From a virus (Duplodnaviria; Caudoviricetes): DNA of 64,000 nucleotides. The notes beneath the pieces were generated by a model. It was not told where the DNA came from, made no database searches, and worked only from the letters and a program-made list of their open reading frames with translations. Both the position numbers and the translations under genes were made by a program. The number at the start of each line of letters is the position of its first letter. Within the stretch, counting starts at the first letter, position 1. Positions 11,672 to 20,980 of this stretch are shown piece by piece. Location: the IMG/VR virus record IMGVR_UViG_3300044551_000092, positions 1 through 64,000 of that record; one strand, written 5' to 3'.

Positions 11672-12284
11672 TATTCTTCCCCCCTTTTGTGATGTGATCC
11701 CCAATCATTTGCAGTCCTACCCAATACCCAATTAAATAAGTCGGTAGTTTTTCACCAAAATCAGCAAACATAGCATAGTCTTCTGCCTCTAAATTGCCTG
11801 TATCATCATTATCATAAATGGACCAAACAGCATGTCGATAGCCTTCAGATGAGCCATAATCGGTAGCAGCAGTTCTTAGTTGATCACAAACATCTTGAAT
11901 GTAATCCTTGAAATCGTTGCCTTCATCATTAAGATTGTCTTTTTCCCATTCATCAATTTCCTGTTGTGCCTTTTTAGAATCAAAATCCCATCGATCCCGT
12001 TCACAGCAAGAAAAGCAATGCATAAAAGAAGATAAAGTCATTCCGTTGAAATTTTCAATAGAAATAGGTCGATAAAACTGAAACACAGCATCTCCTAAAT
12101 CCCCAGTTATAAAAAGAGAACGATCAACAAGCACATATCGCACCCAATAATAAATTGTATAAGGATTTTTCCAGTCAATAATCGTTGCGTACTTATGTCT
12201 AATTATTTTTGCTGCATGATGGTTGAACCAGTTCTCTTTGATTTCTTTTGTGAGATGAACGATTTGTTTAGTAGGCAAGAACAT
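11655..12284 (-). CDS. Conserved phage-type hypothetical protein
   Basis: 209 aa, AGGGG RBS, LFITGDLGDAVF motif. Confidence 0.65.
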   Translation of the reverse strand: MFLPTKQIVHLTKEIKENWFNHHAAKIIRHKYATIIDWKNPYTIYYWVRYVLVDRSLFITGDLGDAVFQFYRPISIENFNGMTLSSFMHCFSCCERDRWDFDSKKAQQEIDEWEKDNLNDEGNDFKDYIQDVCDQLRTAATDYGSSEGYRHAVWSIYDNDDTGNLEAEDYAMFADFGEKLPTYLIGYWVGLQMIGDHITKGGKNNGVTR

Positions 12285-12299
12285 TTCCCCCTATTTTCA

Positions 12300-12524
12300 T
12301 TATTCCAAGACTTCCCACGAACCCTTATCACCGACAAATTTTTTAACACTGCTGATTGGGTAACTTACTGTATCGGGCACCTTATGATTATCTACAGATG
12401 GAAAAATAATAACGTAATAATCTCCACATTTTACGGCTGAAAAAATCATATTAAGTGTATCAAAATCACCGGTTTCAATTACAAAATTTCGATTTAGTTT
12501 GAACTTAAAATAGTCTTTTAGCAT
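12300..12524 (-). CDS. Hypothetical protein, paralogue of 24105-24362
   Basis: GAGGGGGAG RBS; LKD.FKF...D.V.Y...G.W. Confidence 0.6.
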   Translation of the reverse strand: MLKDYFKFKLNRNFVIETGDFDTLNMIFSAVKCGDYYVIIFPSVDNHKVPDTVSYPISSVKKFVGDKGSWEVLE

Positions 12525-12561
12525 AAAACTCCCCCTCTTTTTTTGAAAAAAAGCGGAGATT

Positions 12562-14163
12562 TCAACCTCTCCGCTTTGCTCCATGAATCAAATGAGGATG
12601 TACAATTAGAAGCTCCTCATAAATTTTATTGATAACAGATTTAATATCCCATTGTGCTTCTTTAGAAGTCCGTAAATTAATTAAGTGATACATTTCCCAC
12701 AAACTCAAATTAGCAATAACGTGACGTGGACTACAATTAAGAACGACATAATCTGCGTACTCTGGATGATCTGATCGACTGATCTCATGATAAAGATTAA
12801 TCGAAGATAGATTGATATCATTCAAAACATTAGACAATCCAGCCGTTTCAATATACGGAGGAATTGTCAAATGGCTTGATGGATGAGGACGTGAATAGAT
12901 AAAATTAATTTTTCTATTATGCCGTAAAAGTTGATGCCAAGCTGCTTCGGACAACGTAATCGCGAGTTGATAATTAACCTGTTTAAAGGCTTCGGGTGGA
13001 TCATCAAATTCGCCTAGCTCAAACAATGCGGACTGAACGTAATTGACAAGTTGTTGATAGCTGATTTGCTTTACAATTGATTCAGCCTGTCCTTGTGTGT
13101 AACCTTCTATCGCTACCTTAAAGCCAATGGCTATCTTCTGCATCTCTAACAGTTCCGTTGATGATGAAATTAATCGAATAGTTGCCTGATCATAAAATCC
13201 TTTGTCTTTAAATAATTGATGCAGACGTTTCTTTCGATTAATTTCATGCTGTGAAGGTTCAGTATGACACAAAAGAACGGGTAAAACTTTAGATATTTCA
13301 GATTGAATGTTTTTAGAGACATTATGGCATTCACTGTAATCAGAAGTGTTTAATGTCCGCAATGCATCCTGCCAAGCCCTGGCATTGGCGGTTACGCCAA
13401 GTGAAGTTTGCACGGCCAGCGGCAAAACATATCTTGCATCTTCAAAATTCTCTTTTTCATATTTCTTATGTGCTTTCTGGACATCACCATCATGGATAAA
13501 TGTGTTAATCTTAAAGTTCATTAATCGATCAAGCAATACTTCATAAGCATCAAATGCTTGATTCATGAATGCTTCGTACTTGTCGTAAAGATGATCTGAT
13601 TTTTGAAATGGATTATACCAATTACCGCGCTTCGGTTGTTGATACCGCTGCGAGTATTCAGTAATACTCAAGAACTGATTAGACAGTTCTAGTTCTGCCG
13701 AAGCTAAACGCGAAATATTTTCAATACCGACATGCGCGATGGCGTGCTCGCCGACACTGCTATGGCCGTAACCAACTGTCCACTTCTTATGAAAGGCTTT
13801 GGACCGCTCGTCAAAAACAGCAAAGTTTTTTTTCTTCGGAGACTGAACATGTTCTTCCTGAATTAGTTTGGCTAGATTTTCTTTAAAACTGTGCGATGAT
13901 CGTGAAACATAGGCAAACAGCGTAGCGATAAACTCTTCTGGCAAGCCACTTATTGCATAAATATTGCTGTTAATATTAGAAATAAAGGGTGATAAATCTA
14001 CGGATTGTGCCACTTTTTGACTAGTCTTATTTCTGGATCGCCGGCGGCGGGATTTGATCGGTTGAACTTTTTCAACTGTTTGAGTGCTATTTTTGTTCCT
14101 GTCCCCATCTGACGGGTTAATTGTCTCTTGGGTTGCATTATCCAAAATCAAAACTCCTTTCAA
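12562..14163 (-). CDS. thyX: FAD-dependent thymidylate synthase, long duplicated-domain type
   Basis: GYGHSSVGEH, EYSQRY, EDARYVLP, HQLLRHNR, LRTSKEAQWDI. Confidence 0.88.
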   Translation of the reverse strand: MKGVLILDNATQETINPSDGDRNKNSTQTVEKVQPIKSRRRRSRNKTSQKVAQSVDLSPFISNINSNIYAISGLPEEFIATLFAYVSRSSHSFKENLAKLIQEEHVQSPKKKNFAVFDERSKAFHKKWTVGYGHSSVGEHAIAHVGIENISRLASAELELSNQFLSITEYSQRYQQPKRGNWYNPFQKSDHLYDKYEAFMNQAFDAYEVLLDRLMNFKINTFIHDGDVQKAHKKYEKENFEDARYVLPLAVQTSLGVTANARAWQDALRTLNTSDYSECHNVSKNIQSEISKVLPVLLCHTEPSQHEINRKKRLHQLFKDKGFYDQATIRLISSSTELLEMQKIAIGFKVAIEGYTQGQAESIVKQISYQQLVNYVQSALFELGEFDDPPEAFKQVNYQLAITLSEAAWHQLLRHNRKINFIYSRPHPSSHLTIPPYIETAGLSNVLNDINLSSINLYHEISRSDHPEYADYVVLNCSPRHVIANLSLWEMYHLINLRTSKEAQWDIKSVINKIYEELLIVHPHLIHGAKRRG

Positions 14164-14178
14164 AAAAATTAAATTAAA

Positions 14179-14294
14179 AGGCTAGGCAAGGATTTGCACC
14201 CTGCAGAATTAAGTGTTTTTTAAAGACCCATAATCACATTATGACTGTGCTCAATCTCAGGTCCAGATGCGTTTACCTATTCCGCCACTAGCCT
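14179..14294 (-). ncRNA. tRNA-like RNA A (anticodon arm replaced)
   Basis: AGGCTAG-TG-GCG GAATAGGTAAA CGC-[64 nt]-GCAGGG TGCAAAT CCTTGC-CTAGCCT. Confidence 0.75.
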
Positions 14295-14343
14295 AGAAGC
14301 GCATATACTAACCATATGAAATTTTTTTAGGCTGTTCGCCTAA

Positions 14344-14512
14344 GCAGCAGGTGAGGATTTGCACCTCACAGGATGGCCGGGCTTTCCATCTCACGAGTTT
14401 TCTAATCGGGGTTCACTCCCCGATGCCCCTACGCGCGATCGAGTTAATTAAAGGCGATGGCCTCCTCGGTCCCTGGCGCATGATATGCGTTTACCTATTC
14501 CGTCACTGCTGC
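14344..14512 (-). ncRNA. tRNA-like RNA B
   Basis: GCAGCAG-TG-ACG GAATAGGTAAA CGC-[117 nt]-GTGAGG TGCAAAT CCTCAC-CTGCTGC. Confidence 0.75.
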
Positions 14513-14515
14513 GAT

Positions 14516-14633
14516 AAGCTAGGCAAGGATTCGAACCCTGCATGGAGAGAGGTCATTCCCTGCCAATGGGACATATACCATTGCCCTCTGCACTGCCGTG
14601 CCACATTATGTCTACCCATTCCACCGCTAGCCC
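14516..14633 (-). ncRNA. tRNA-like RNA C
   Basis: GGGCTAG-CG-GTG GAATGGGTAGA CAT-[66 nt]-GCAGGG TTCGAAT CCTTGC-CTAGCTT. Confidence 0.75.
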
Positions 14634-14713
14634 AATCAATAGGGTAACACCTATTGATTATAAGAGAATATCATGAAATGCATTGCCTGGAATCTAGTAA
14701 CCAAACAATATAA

Positions 14714-14787
14714 CAGGCGCGGTAGGAATCGAACCTACTCAGTCGGTTTTGGAGACCGACTCGCTGATCCTTAGAACATTCGCACCT
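14714..14787 (-). tRNA. tRNA-Trp (CCA), no encoded CCA end, atypical D-arm
   Basis: AGGTGCG/CGCGCCT acceptor; GTCGGT CT CCA AA ACCGAC anticodon arm; GTAGG TTCGATT CCTAC T-arm. Confidence 0.9.
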
Positions 14788-14792
14788 ATAAT

Positions 14793-14933
14793 AAGCTGGG
14801 CAAGGATTTGCACCCTGCATGATGACATTTGACCTGCACCGTACGTAACTCCGCCCCTTCGTAGGCGAGTCATCTTACAGTCAGCCGAACCCCGGCTTGG
14901 GGTCTAAGCGTCTACCTATTCCGCCACCAGCTT
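14793..14933 (-). ncRNA. tRNA-like RNA D
   Basis: AAGCTGG-TG-GCG GAATAGGTAGA CGC-[89 nt]-GCAGGG TGCAAAT CCTTGC-CCAGCTT. Confidence 0.75.
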
Positions 14934-14939
14934 AATATC

Positions 14940-15420
14940 TTTGTCCTCTGTCAAACCAACAACCTCAGAGGAACAATCTTTGCGTAATCCTGGGAATCCC
15001 TTCTTGTCAGGTGCCATACCTTATCCCAGGCGCTCAGAGGTTTTTGCTTCGTTTTCAACGACCTATGGCAGGAGGTAAAAGCTGGTCTAAAACAAAACTT
15101 TTTTTAGAAAAAACTCTTATATCGGTGAAACGAACCTCCAAAGTTTTCACCGGGTGTGCCTCCAAAAGTAGACAGTGACACAGCTTCCCAGGATACTCCT
15201 ATATTTAAACTGCCGGAGCAACAAGGCAGGAATTGTGTGCGACTTGCCCACCCGTCAACGCACAGCATTTGCTCCGATACAAAGCATCTGTCCCCTATAT
15301 GATCTGATTCTCTTTTTCACGCCTGGACAATCATAGAACAAGAAGGCATTACCTTGAACACTGATTTTACTGGATCAGTATCCGAACCCTTTGTAGGCCA
15401 CAAGCAAATAGCAAATGGCA
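14940..15420 (-). ncRNA. Candidate large structured RNA upstream of the tRNA cluster
   Basis: No credible minus-strand gene; several hairpins and two long-range helices (14987-14996/15185-15194 and 14995-15007/15338-15350). Confidence 0.4.
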
Positions 15421-15423
15421 GCT

Positions 15424-15534
15424 TTATAAATTATATGGAATTTCAGCAATTTCTTCGGATACTTCCTCATCGCTCATCTGATCAACATTTTCATAACCAA
15501 GATCAATCAATGTTTCTCGTTCGTCTTTATCCAT
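15424..15534 (-). CDS. 36-aa acidic peptide (absent from the ORF track)
   Basis: GGAGGAGGGAG RBS; MDKDERETLIDLGYENVDQMSDEEVSEEIAEIPYNL. Confidence 0.65.
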   Translation of the reverse strand: MDKDERETLIDLGYENVDQMSDEEVSEEIAEIPYNL

Positions 15535-15558
15535 TTCTGCTCCCTCCTCCTCGCTATA

Positions 15559-15807
15559 TTACAGTTTATCTACAGCTTGCTTCAAAGCTTCACGATTATA
15601 ATAATCACCGTTAAATAAGACCAGATTAGTAGTCGCGCCAGTTAAAACACAGCGCTTGGGTTGATACTTTTTTAAGATGATTTTCCCTCGCTCTATATAA
15701 AATTCAAAAGGCGTGCCGGGCTCCGCACGCATATTTTTGCGAATCTCTTTAGGAATCACGATGCGGCCAAGATCATCCAATTTACGTATAACGCCGGTAT
15801 CTTTCAC
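15559..15807 (-). CDS. AbrB-family transition-state regulator
   Basis: TGVIRKLDDLGRIVIPKEIRK...IILKKYQP.C. Confidence 0.92.
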   Translation of the reverse strand: MKDTGVIRKLDDLGRIVIPKEIRKNMRAEPGTPFEFYIERGKIILKKYQPKRCVLTGATTNLVLFNGDYYNREALKQAVDKL

Positions 15808-15984
15808 AGCTTATTCACTCTCCTAAACTTAAAAAAATGGAAATAACGTCTATGACGTGCTTTTCGATAACAACGAATAATTAAGCGATGGAGTTCAACC
15901 TGTTTATATAAAGGGCCACGATAAACTGATGAAAAGTCAATAATTTTATTTTGACGATCTAAATATTCAACGAGATTTTTAGTC

Positions 15985-16194
15985 TTAGTCTGTGAGGCTG
16001 TTAAACACATCGGCGCCACCGCCGTCATAGAATTCGGGCTTCTTACCTTCACCGGTTTTGCTGCCACCAGCTGCCAATAGGGAAATTTCAAGATCTTTTG
16101 TGGCGGCAATACAGGACTCACCGCTTCCCTCAAGGACTTCCAGTTTAATTTCGCCACCGGGCTTAATCACAAATTTGACTTTACTCTCTTTCAT
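15985..16194 (-). CDS. DUF2997-like protein
   Basis: F.IKPGGEI..EV..GSG.SC..AT..LE...KKPEFY. Confidence 0.75.
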   Translation of the reverse strand: MKESKVKFVIKPGGEIKLEVLEGSGESCIAATKDLEISLLAAGGSKTGEGKKPEFYDGGGADVFNSLTD

Positions 16195-16589
16195 AAAGAT
16201 TCCTCCGTGTTATATTTTGTAAAAGTAACTTCTTCTGGAAAAAAGAAACGGGCATCAATCAGTTGATTATTCTTCATTATCCGTTCAACGCATGGTATTA
16301 ACTCTGCTTCAAAATATTCGCCAAATGTATAGAAAACGTTTTGTTTAACATTTACGTGCAGGCCAAAATACTTGCAGGTACATCGCTTTTTTAAGTAAGC
16401 CATTACCTGCCCTAAATAAGTATCCGGACGATCAGGCGTCCATGCTAAATGATGATTCCACTCGTAATAATGCTCATTATCATTAGATAGGTGAACTTCT
16501 GCAGTCTTAATTAAAGGTCTTGCCTTGTTCAGAAAATCCAAATCCAAAAACAACGATTTTTTTAGCGTTAGGGCAATCTGATCGTCCAA
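16191..16589 (-). CDS. Hypothetical protein
   Basis: AAGGAG RBS; overlaps the next gene. Confidence 0.6.
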   Translation of the reverse strand: MDDQIALTLKKSLFLDLDFLNKARPLIKTAEVHLSNDNEHYYEWNHHLAWTPDRPDTYLGQVMAYLKKRCTCKYFGLHVNVKQNVFYTFGEYFEAELIPCVERIMKNNQLIDARFFFPEEVTFTKYNTEESL

Positions 16590-16611
16590 GATATTTTAAC
16601 TCCTTTATAAA

Positions 16612-16998
16612 TTAGTTATACTGTGTGGCCACAAGTTCAATTTCACCGTTTTGATTGGTTGTAATACTGTCTTCGTCAACCTCCCAACCGTTATCTTCAC
16701 AACTTTCCAGTACTTGATATTTACTATGAAGCTGACCGATTTCATTTGTAAAAGACTCTTCGGACATACCGATACCGAACCAATCGGCCTGAAGTTCGAG
16801 ACCTTCCCGATCATTTTTGGACCATCCAACCGGCAGAATATGGTCATCTTTCTTTAAAGCAAGTTCAACATGCCGTTCTTGACCATAATAGTCAGTAATT
16901 GTTGTCGGACCAGTATAATTAAAACCCATTTCTTTTAAGGCTCTCTGAATAAAATCAATACGACTGGCTTTACATTCATAAGTGGCAAAATGACTCAA
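16612..16998 (-). CDS. DUF1257 (Ycf35-like) protein
   Basis: MSHF start, ALKEMG, GW...LELQADW, NGEIELV. Confidence 0.8.
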   Translation of the reverse strand: MSHFATYECKASRIDFIQRALKEMGFNYTGPTTITDYYGQERHVELALKKDDHILPVGWSKNDREGLELQADWFGIGMSEESFTNEIGQLHSKYQVLESCEDNGWEVDEDSITTNQNGEIELVATQYN

Positions 16999-17010
16999 TG
17001 TGATCGCTCC

Positions 17011-17406
17011 TTATTTTAAATATTTTTTAGAAATACTATTTAGGATTTCTAGTTTCTTTCTCTCTATTTCAATATGTTGATAATAAAGGAAATCCGGAAG
17101 TTTCTTAACTTCTTCTTTTGTTAAATGTTTTTTAAACATAGAACGTAACTGATTAATCATCGCATGAAAAATCTCAGAATAATAATCCCCAAAGATTTTA
17201 TCGTAAACAACGAGGCCTTTACAGTTACTTTCGAATAGTTTAAAAGCCTGTTCGATTTTATTTAATTCTTCATCGACGATTTCTAAAGAAGATTTTAACT
17301 TAGTTCGTTTTTTATATTTCTTATATTCCTCAGTTGAATCCTGCAGTAACTGATAGACTCGTAATTTTTCTATTTTGGGATCGAACATACCGATTTCCCC
17401 TTTCAA
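17011..17406 (-). CDS. Hypothetical protein
   Basis: Co-oriented ORF within the operon. Confidence 0.55.
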   Translation of the reverse strand: MKGEIGMFDPKIEKLRVYQLLQDSTEEYKKYKKRTKLKSSLEIVDEELNKIEQAFKLFESNCKGLVVYDKIFGDYYSEIFHAMINQLRSMFKKHLTKEEVKKLPDFLYYQHIEIERKKLEILNSISKKYLK

Positions 17407-19052
17407 AGGCTGAACAGATCATCACTGGTAAACTCAGGCTTATCTGCTTCTGTTTCTTCTTTTTTGAATAGCTCGGGGTGAAGTTCCTGTAATTCCTCAG
17501 AAGAAGCACATTTTGCGGAATGCTTTGCCCAATTCCGAAGATCGGTCAACAATTCTGGCATCCGTTTTGCCATTGGCACAAAGTGATCGATCTGATCAGC
17601 TAAATCTTTTTGAGTGATATACGGCTGTGGACGTTTTCCTTTTCTATAATTAGCATACGCTCGCCGCGTTGCTTCTGCAACAACTTGTTCAATTTCAGCT
17701 CCCGTAAATTTGTTCATTGATTCAGCTAAAGTTTTAATTATTTTATTAGAAAAGGTTGTGTTTGTATTCTTTTGATAACCGCGTTTCTTCAGATGAATTT
17801 TTAGAATTTCTTCCCGTTCGTTCTGATGAGGAATGGAAACAAAGAAGATTTCATCAAATCGTCCGGCACGCGTAAGTTCCGCCGGCAGCTTAGTAATGTC
17901 ATTTGCGGTGCCAACGACAAAGACCGGCTTCTCCTTATCAGAGAGCCACGTAAGCAGTGATTGGACGACTCGAGACAATGTACCGCTATCACTTTTATCC
18001 GATGAACCAAGGCCGCTGAGGCCTTTTTCAAGTTCGTCGATCCACAGAACACAGGGCGACACATCTTCAGCCAGACGAAGAGCTCGATCAATATTCTTTT
18101 CCGATTGACCAACTTTACTGTCCATAATCTGACTCATATTCATCTTAAGGAGCGGTAGGTTCATCTGTTGAGCGACAGACTTGGCTAACAGACTCTTACC
18201 CGTTCCTGGAAATCCCGCAAGGATTGTCCCCCTAATCTGATCGACGCCGTATTTCCGAGCTTCTGGTTCAAAGGCATACTGGGCATCTTCGATCCACTTC
18301 TTAAAGATGTCCATTCCCCCGACGTTTTTCATATCGCCAAGTTTTGTTACATATTCCAAAAGACCGGTTTTACGGATAATCTGTTCTTTTTCTGTGATGA
18401 CCTCATTTAGAGAAACAGTATGATAGTGAACAATACTTTGCTTTAGAATATTTTTAATTTCTGTCATGGTCATACCGACCAATGCATGAATTAATGCTTC
18501 TCGTTTTCTACCTGTGGGGACTTCAAATCCTTTGATGCGACAGTATTTCTCGATAACTTCAAGTTGTTCGATGACCTGATCGCGCGTCGGCAGTTCATAA
18601 CGGATGACGCTGACCAACTTCTCCAATTCGGGCGGCACTTTAGATACAGGAGAAATGAAAATAAGAGGCTTATAGATTTTATCTGGAGTTTCAAGAACAT
18701 CTCGGACAGCACGATTAACCTTTGGATTGCTCCAGATATTATGAAAATCTTTTAAAACGAACGCCGCAACTTGATCGTATTCTGCAATTCTTTTAACCAT
18801 AAGCACACTCGGATCGCCGCCGTTCTTAACTGGAGAACCATCAACCATTCTTTTCAGACCACTTGCGATCGACCAGGTAAATCCTTCAATTTTTTTAGAT
18901 TGTAATAGAGTTTCTAAATCTTTAAGAAATCGTTCTTCTTCAAAAGTCGTCACTAGAATGGCTCTTCTCTTTGAATTAAGCAAGATATGAAGCTTATCCA
19001 TTCCAGTAATACTTTTTTTCTGAATGGTATCAATTTCTGTAGCTATTGACAA
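17403..19052 (-). CDS. AAA+ ATPase, Ycf46-like
   Basis: GFPGTGKS, LWIDELEK, RAGRFDEIFFV, VLKDFH. Confidence 0.9.
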   Translation of the reverse strand: MSIATEIDTIQKKSITGMDKLHILLNSKRRAILVTTFEEERFLKDLETLLQSKKIEGFTWSIASGLKRMVDGSPVKNGGDPSVLMVKRIAEYDQVAAFVLKDFHNIWSNPKVNRAVRDVLETPDKIYKPLIFISPVSKVPPELEKLVSVIRYELPTRDQVIEQLEVIEKYCRIKGFEVPTGRKREALIHALVGMTMTEIKNILKQSIVHYHTVSLNEVITEKEQIIRKTGLLEYVTKLGDMKNVGGMDIFKKWIEDAQYAFEPEARKYGVDQIRGTILAGFPGTGKSLLAKSVAQQMNLPLLKMNMSQIMDSKVGQSEKNIDRALRLAEDVSPCVLWIDELEKGLSGLGSSDKSDSGTLSRVVQSLLTWLSDKEKPVFVVGTANDITKLPAELTRAGRFDEIFFVSIPHQNEREEILKIHLKKRGYQKNTNTTFSNKIIKTLAESMNKFTGAEIEQVVAEATRRAYANYRKGKRPQPYITQKDLADQIDHFVPMAKRMPELLTDLRNWAKHSAKCASSEELQELHPELFKKEETEADKPEFTSDDLFSL

Positions 19053-19070
19053 AAATGCTACCTCCCCTTT

Positions 19071-19976
19071 TCACAAATCCAAATCTAAATCAGTTAATTC
19101 GTCGAAAATTTCTTGTTTACGTACTGCTTCTTGACTTTCTAAAATTATATTAATACGATGAGAATGCACTTTTTGATAAGACTCTTCATCCATTTTATCT
19201 GTGATTTCATCTTGCATTGCCTGATCAATTTTTTTCCAATCGAGGGCTAAAACTTCTCGTTCTTGTTTGGAGACGTCGAACGATAAGAGTTGATGCAACT
19301 GGATTTTATCAGGATAATGTAAATCATCAGTGTTTGCTCTAGAAATTTGACTATTTGCGGAGAACGTAATTTGACGACCATCTTTCGTGAAATATAAAAA
19401 AACGACCGGTTTATCCAAATCAACATCAAGCATTGGTTTAAAAACTATATTAGATAAATAATCAAGTCTGTATAAATCAATTAAAACTGGATTATACGTA
19501 TTATCTAGATCTTCTACTACTCGATTGAGATTTGGTGTATTGGTCAAGTCCAGAAAAAAACGGTCAAAAGTACTGATAATTTTATTTTGGTATTTAATTA
19601 ACCCCAAACCGCCAATAAATTTGTTTATCTTTCGTATATCGAGAAGACCCACGTTTTGCTTTTGAATATCAGTCACAATTCGATCAATATCTTTTTTAGT
19701 TTGTTCATAATCTTCAAGAAGTGCATCATCGGAATTATGAATAATATCCTGCAGAATATGAATAAAATCATCTATTGTATATGAAACATGAGACTGACAG
19801 AAATGACCTTTTTTTGGTTTATAAGTGCCAGTTAATTCAATCATTTTAGCTACTTGGTTCCACGAAAAGTTAAAATTGATTTCTTCATATTTGCCTTGAT
19901 TAAAAACATTGACAGGAGAGATCACGATCTCTGGTAAATACTTTAAATCAATTGTATCTTTCTCTTCAACGGACAA
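19071..19976 (-). CDS. Hypothetical protein
   Basis: 301 aa, GGGGGGAG RBS. Confidence 0.7.
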   Translation of the reverse strand: MSVEEKDTIDLKYLPEIVISPVNVFNQGKYEEINFNFSWNQVAKMIELTGTYKPKKGHFCQSHVSYTIDDFIHILQDIIHNSDDALLEDYEQTKKDIDRIVTDIQKQNVGLLDIRKINKFIGGLGLIKYQNKIISTFDRFFLDLTNTPNLNRVVEDLDNTYNPVLIDLYRLDYLSNIVFKPMLDVDLDKPVVFLYFTKDGRQITFSANSQISRANTDDLHYPDKIQLHQLLSFDVSKQEREVLALDWKKIDQAMQDEITDKMDEESYQKVHSHRINIILESQEAVRKQEIFDELTDLDLDL

Positions 19977-19994
19977 TATAGTCTCCCCCCGCGA

Positions 19995-20804
19995 TTATTT
20001 TAAAAAGGATTTGAAACGCTTTTGTAACCCATGTTTCGATAAAAAAATTAACCGATGCTGATAATTATCGTCACAACGTGAATCGCAAAAACGTTGATTG
20101 TTTGGAATAACATGCCCACACGCTTTGCAGTGGTTTTGATGAGAATACCAATCCATATATTTATCGGCATATGAATAAGTAAAATTCCCAGTTTGTACAG
20201 ATTGAGGGCAATCAATCACCCGTTGATTTGAAGAGCCGATAAAACCCCCTTTGTGCATTGTGGGCGCGATAGTCATTCGCTTATCTTGTTGATAATCTCC
20301 ATCGACGATAAGATCAATATAATGAATTAATTCTTTAAACACGGAAGATGAAGCAATGAGATACAGATCACCATCATACTCTTGAGAATAATGTCTCAAA
20401 GCAATCTTCATTGCTTCACCATGTTTTTCACGCCAATGAAAATATAGACCGTGTTTCAACAACTTATTAAAGTTATAAGCAGTATACATCACAATATGAA
20501 AGTGACAATCCCGTTCTTTCAGTTCTTTAGCTAGCTGTAAAAGAGCTACAGTCTGAAGCATTGGTTCGCCACCGCAAAAAGTGACTTGCCGATTCCAGGC
20601 ATCGCGATCAATCATATCAGCGGTTTCCTGCACAGACATTTCTCTATATAGGCCCTTAAATGTCCATGTGGCTTCGTTAAAACATCCTTTACAGGGATTG
20701 ACGACTCCGCGTATACATCCCTTCGTAAAGAGTTCTAATCGTTCTCCGGGCCCAGCAGTCAGACTGTCTTTATTGACACCGATAAACCATAAAGTCTTGT
20801 CCAA
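19995..20804 (-). CDS. NrdG-like radical SAM activase with a C-terminal Zn ribbon
   Basis: GPGERLELFTKGC...CKGCFN, GGEPMLQ, DLIVDG, GSSNQRVID; CxxC...CxxxC tail. Confidence 0.85.
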   Translation of the reverse strand: MDKTLWFIGVNKDSLTAGPGERLELFTKGCIRGVVNPCKGCFNEATWTFKGLYREMSVQETADMIDRDAWNRQVTFCGGEPMLQTVALLQLAKELKERDCHFHIVMYTAYNFNKLLKHGLYFHWREKHGEAMKIALRHYSQEYDGDLYLIASSSVFKELIHYIDLIVDGDYQQDKRMTIAPTMHKGGFIGSSNQRVIDCPQSVQTGNFTYSYADKYMDWYSHQNHCKACGHVIPNNQRFCDSRCDDNYQHRLIFLSKHGLQKRFKSFLK

Positions 20805-20838
20805 GTCATCACTTCCTGTGTTTACCTGTGTTACATAT

Positions 20839-20867
20839 ATTATAAGAAATTACTACCAATAAAGCAA
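20839..20867 (-). promoter_or_regulatory. SigA-type promoter for the nrdG-like operon
   Basis: TTGCTT-17 nt-TATAAT. Confidence 0.6.
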
Positions 20868-20911
20868 TAGAAGCCGACATATTTTTAGATAAATACGTGT
20901 CGGCTTCTATT
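20866..20911. terminator. 14-bp inverted repeat, terminator-like
   Basis: AATAGAAGCCGACA...TGTCGGCTTCTATT. Confidence 0.55.
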
Positions 20912-20980
20912 TGTTATGTTACACAGATTTATGAAGTTATTCTATTAATTCTTCAAGTTTCTATGAAGCTATAAAAATGA

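Noticed and set aside
14351-14647. + strand 98-aa ORF
   Set aside because: Antisense to the tRNA-like RNAs, no RBS
14179-14933. Calling the tRNA-like units tRNA-Leu, tmRNA, Y RNA or group I intron tRNAs
   Set aside because: No anticodon loop; inserts too short for group I introns or tmRNA; not permuted like YrlA, and no Ro60 gene in the window
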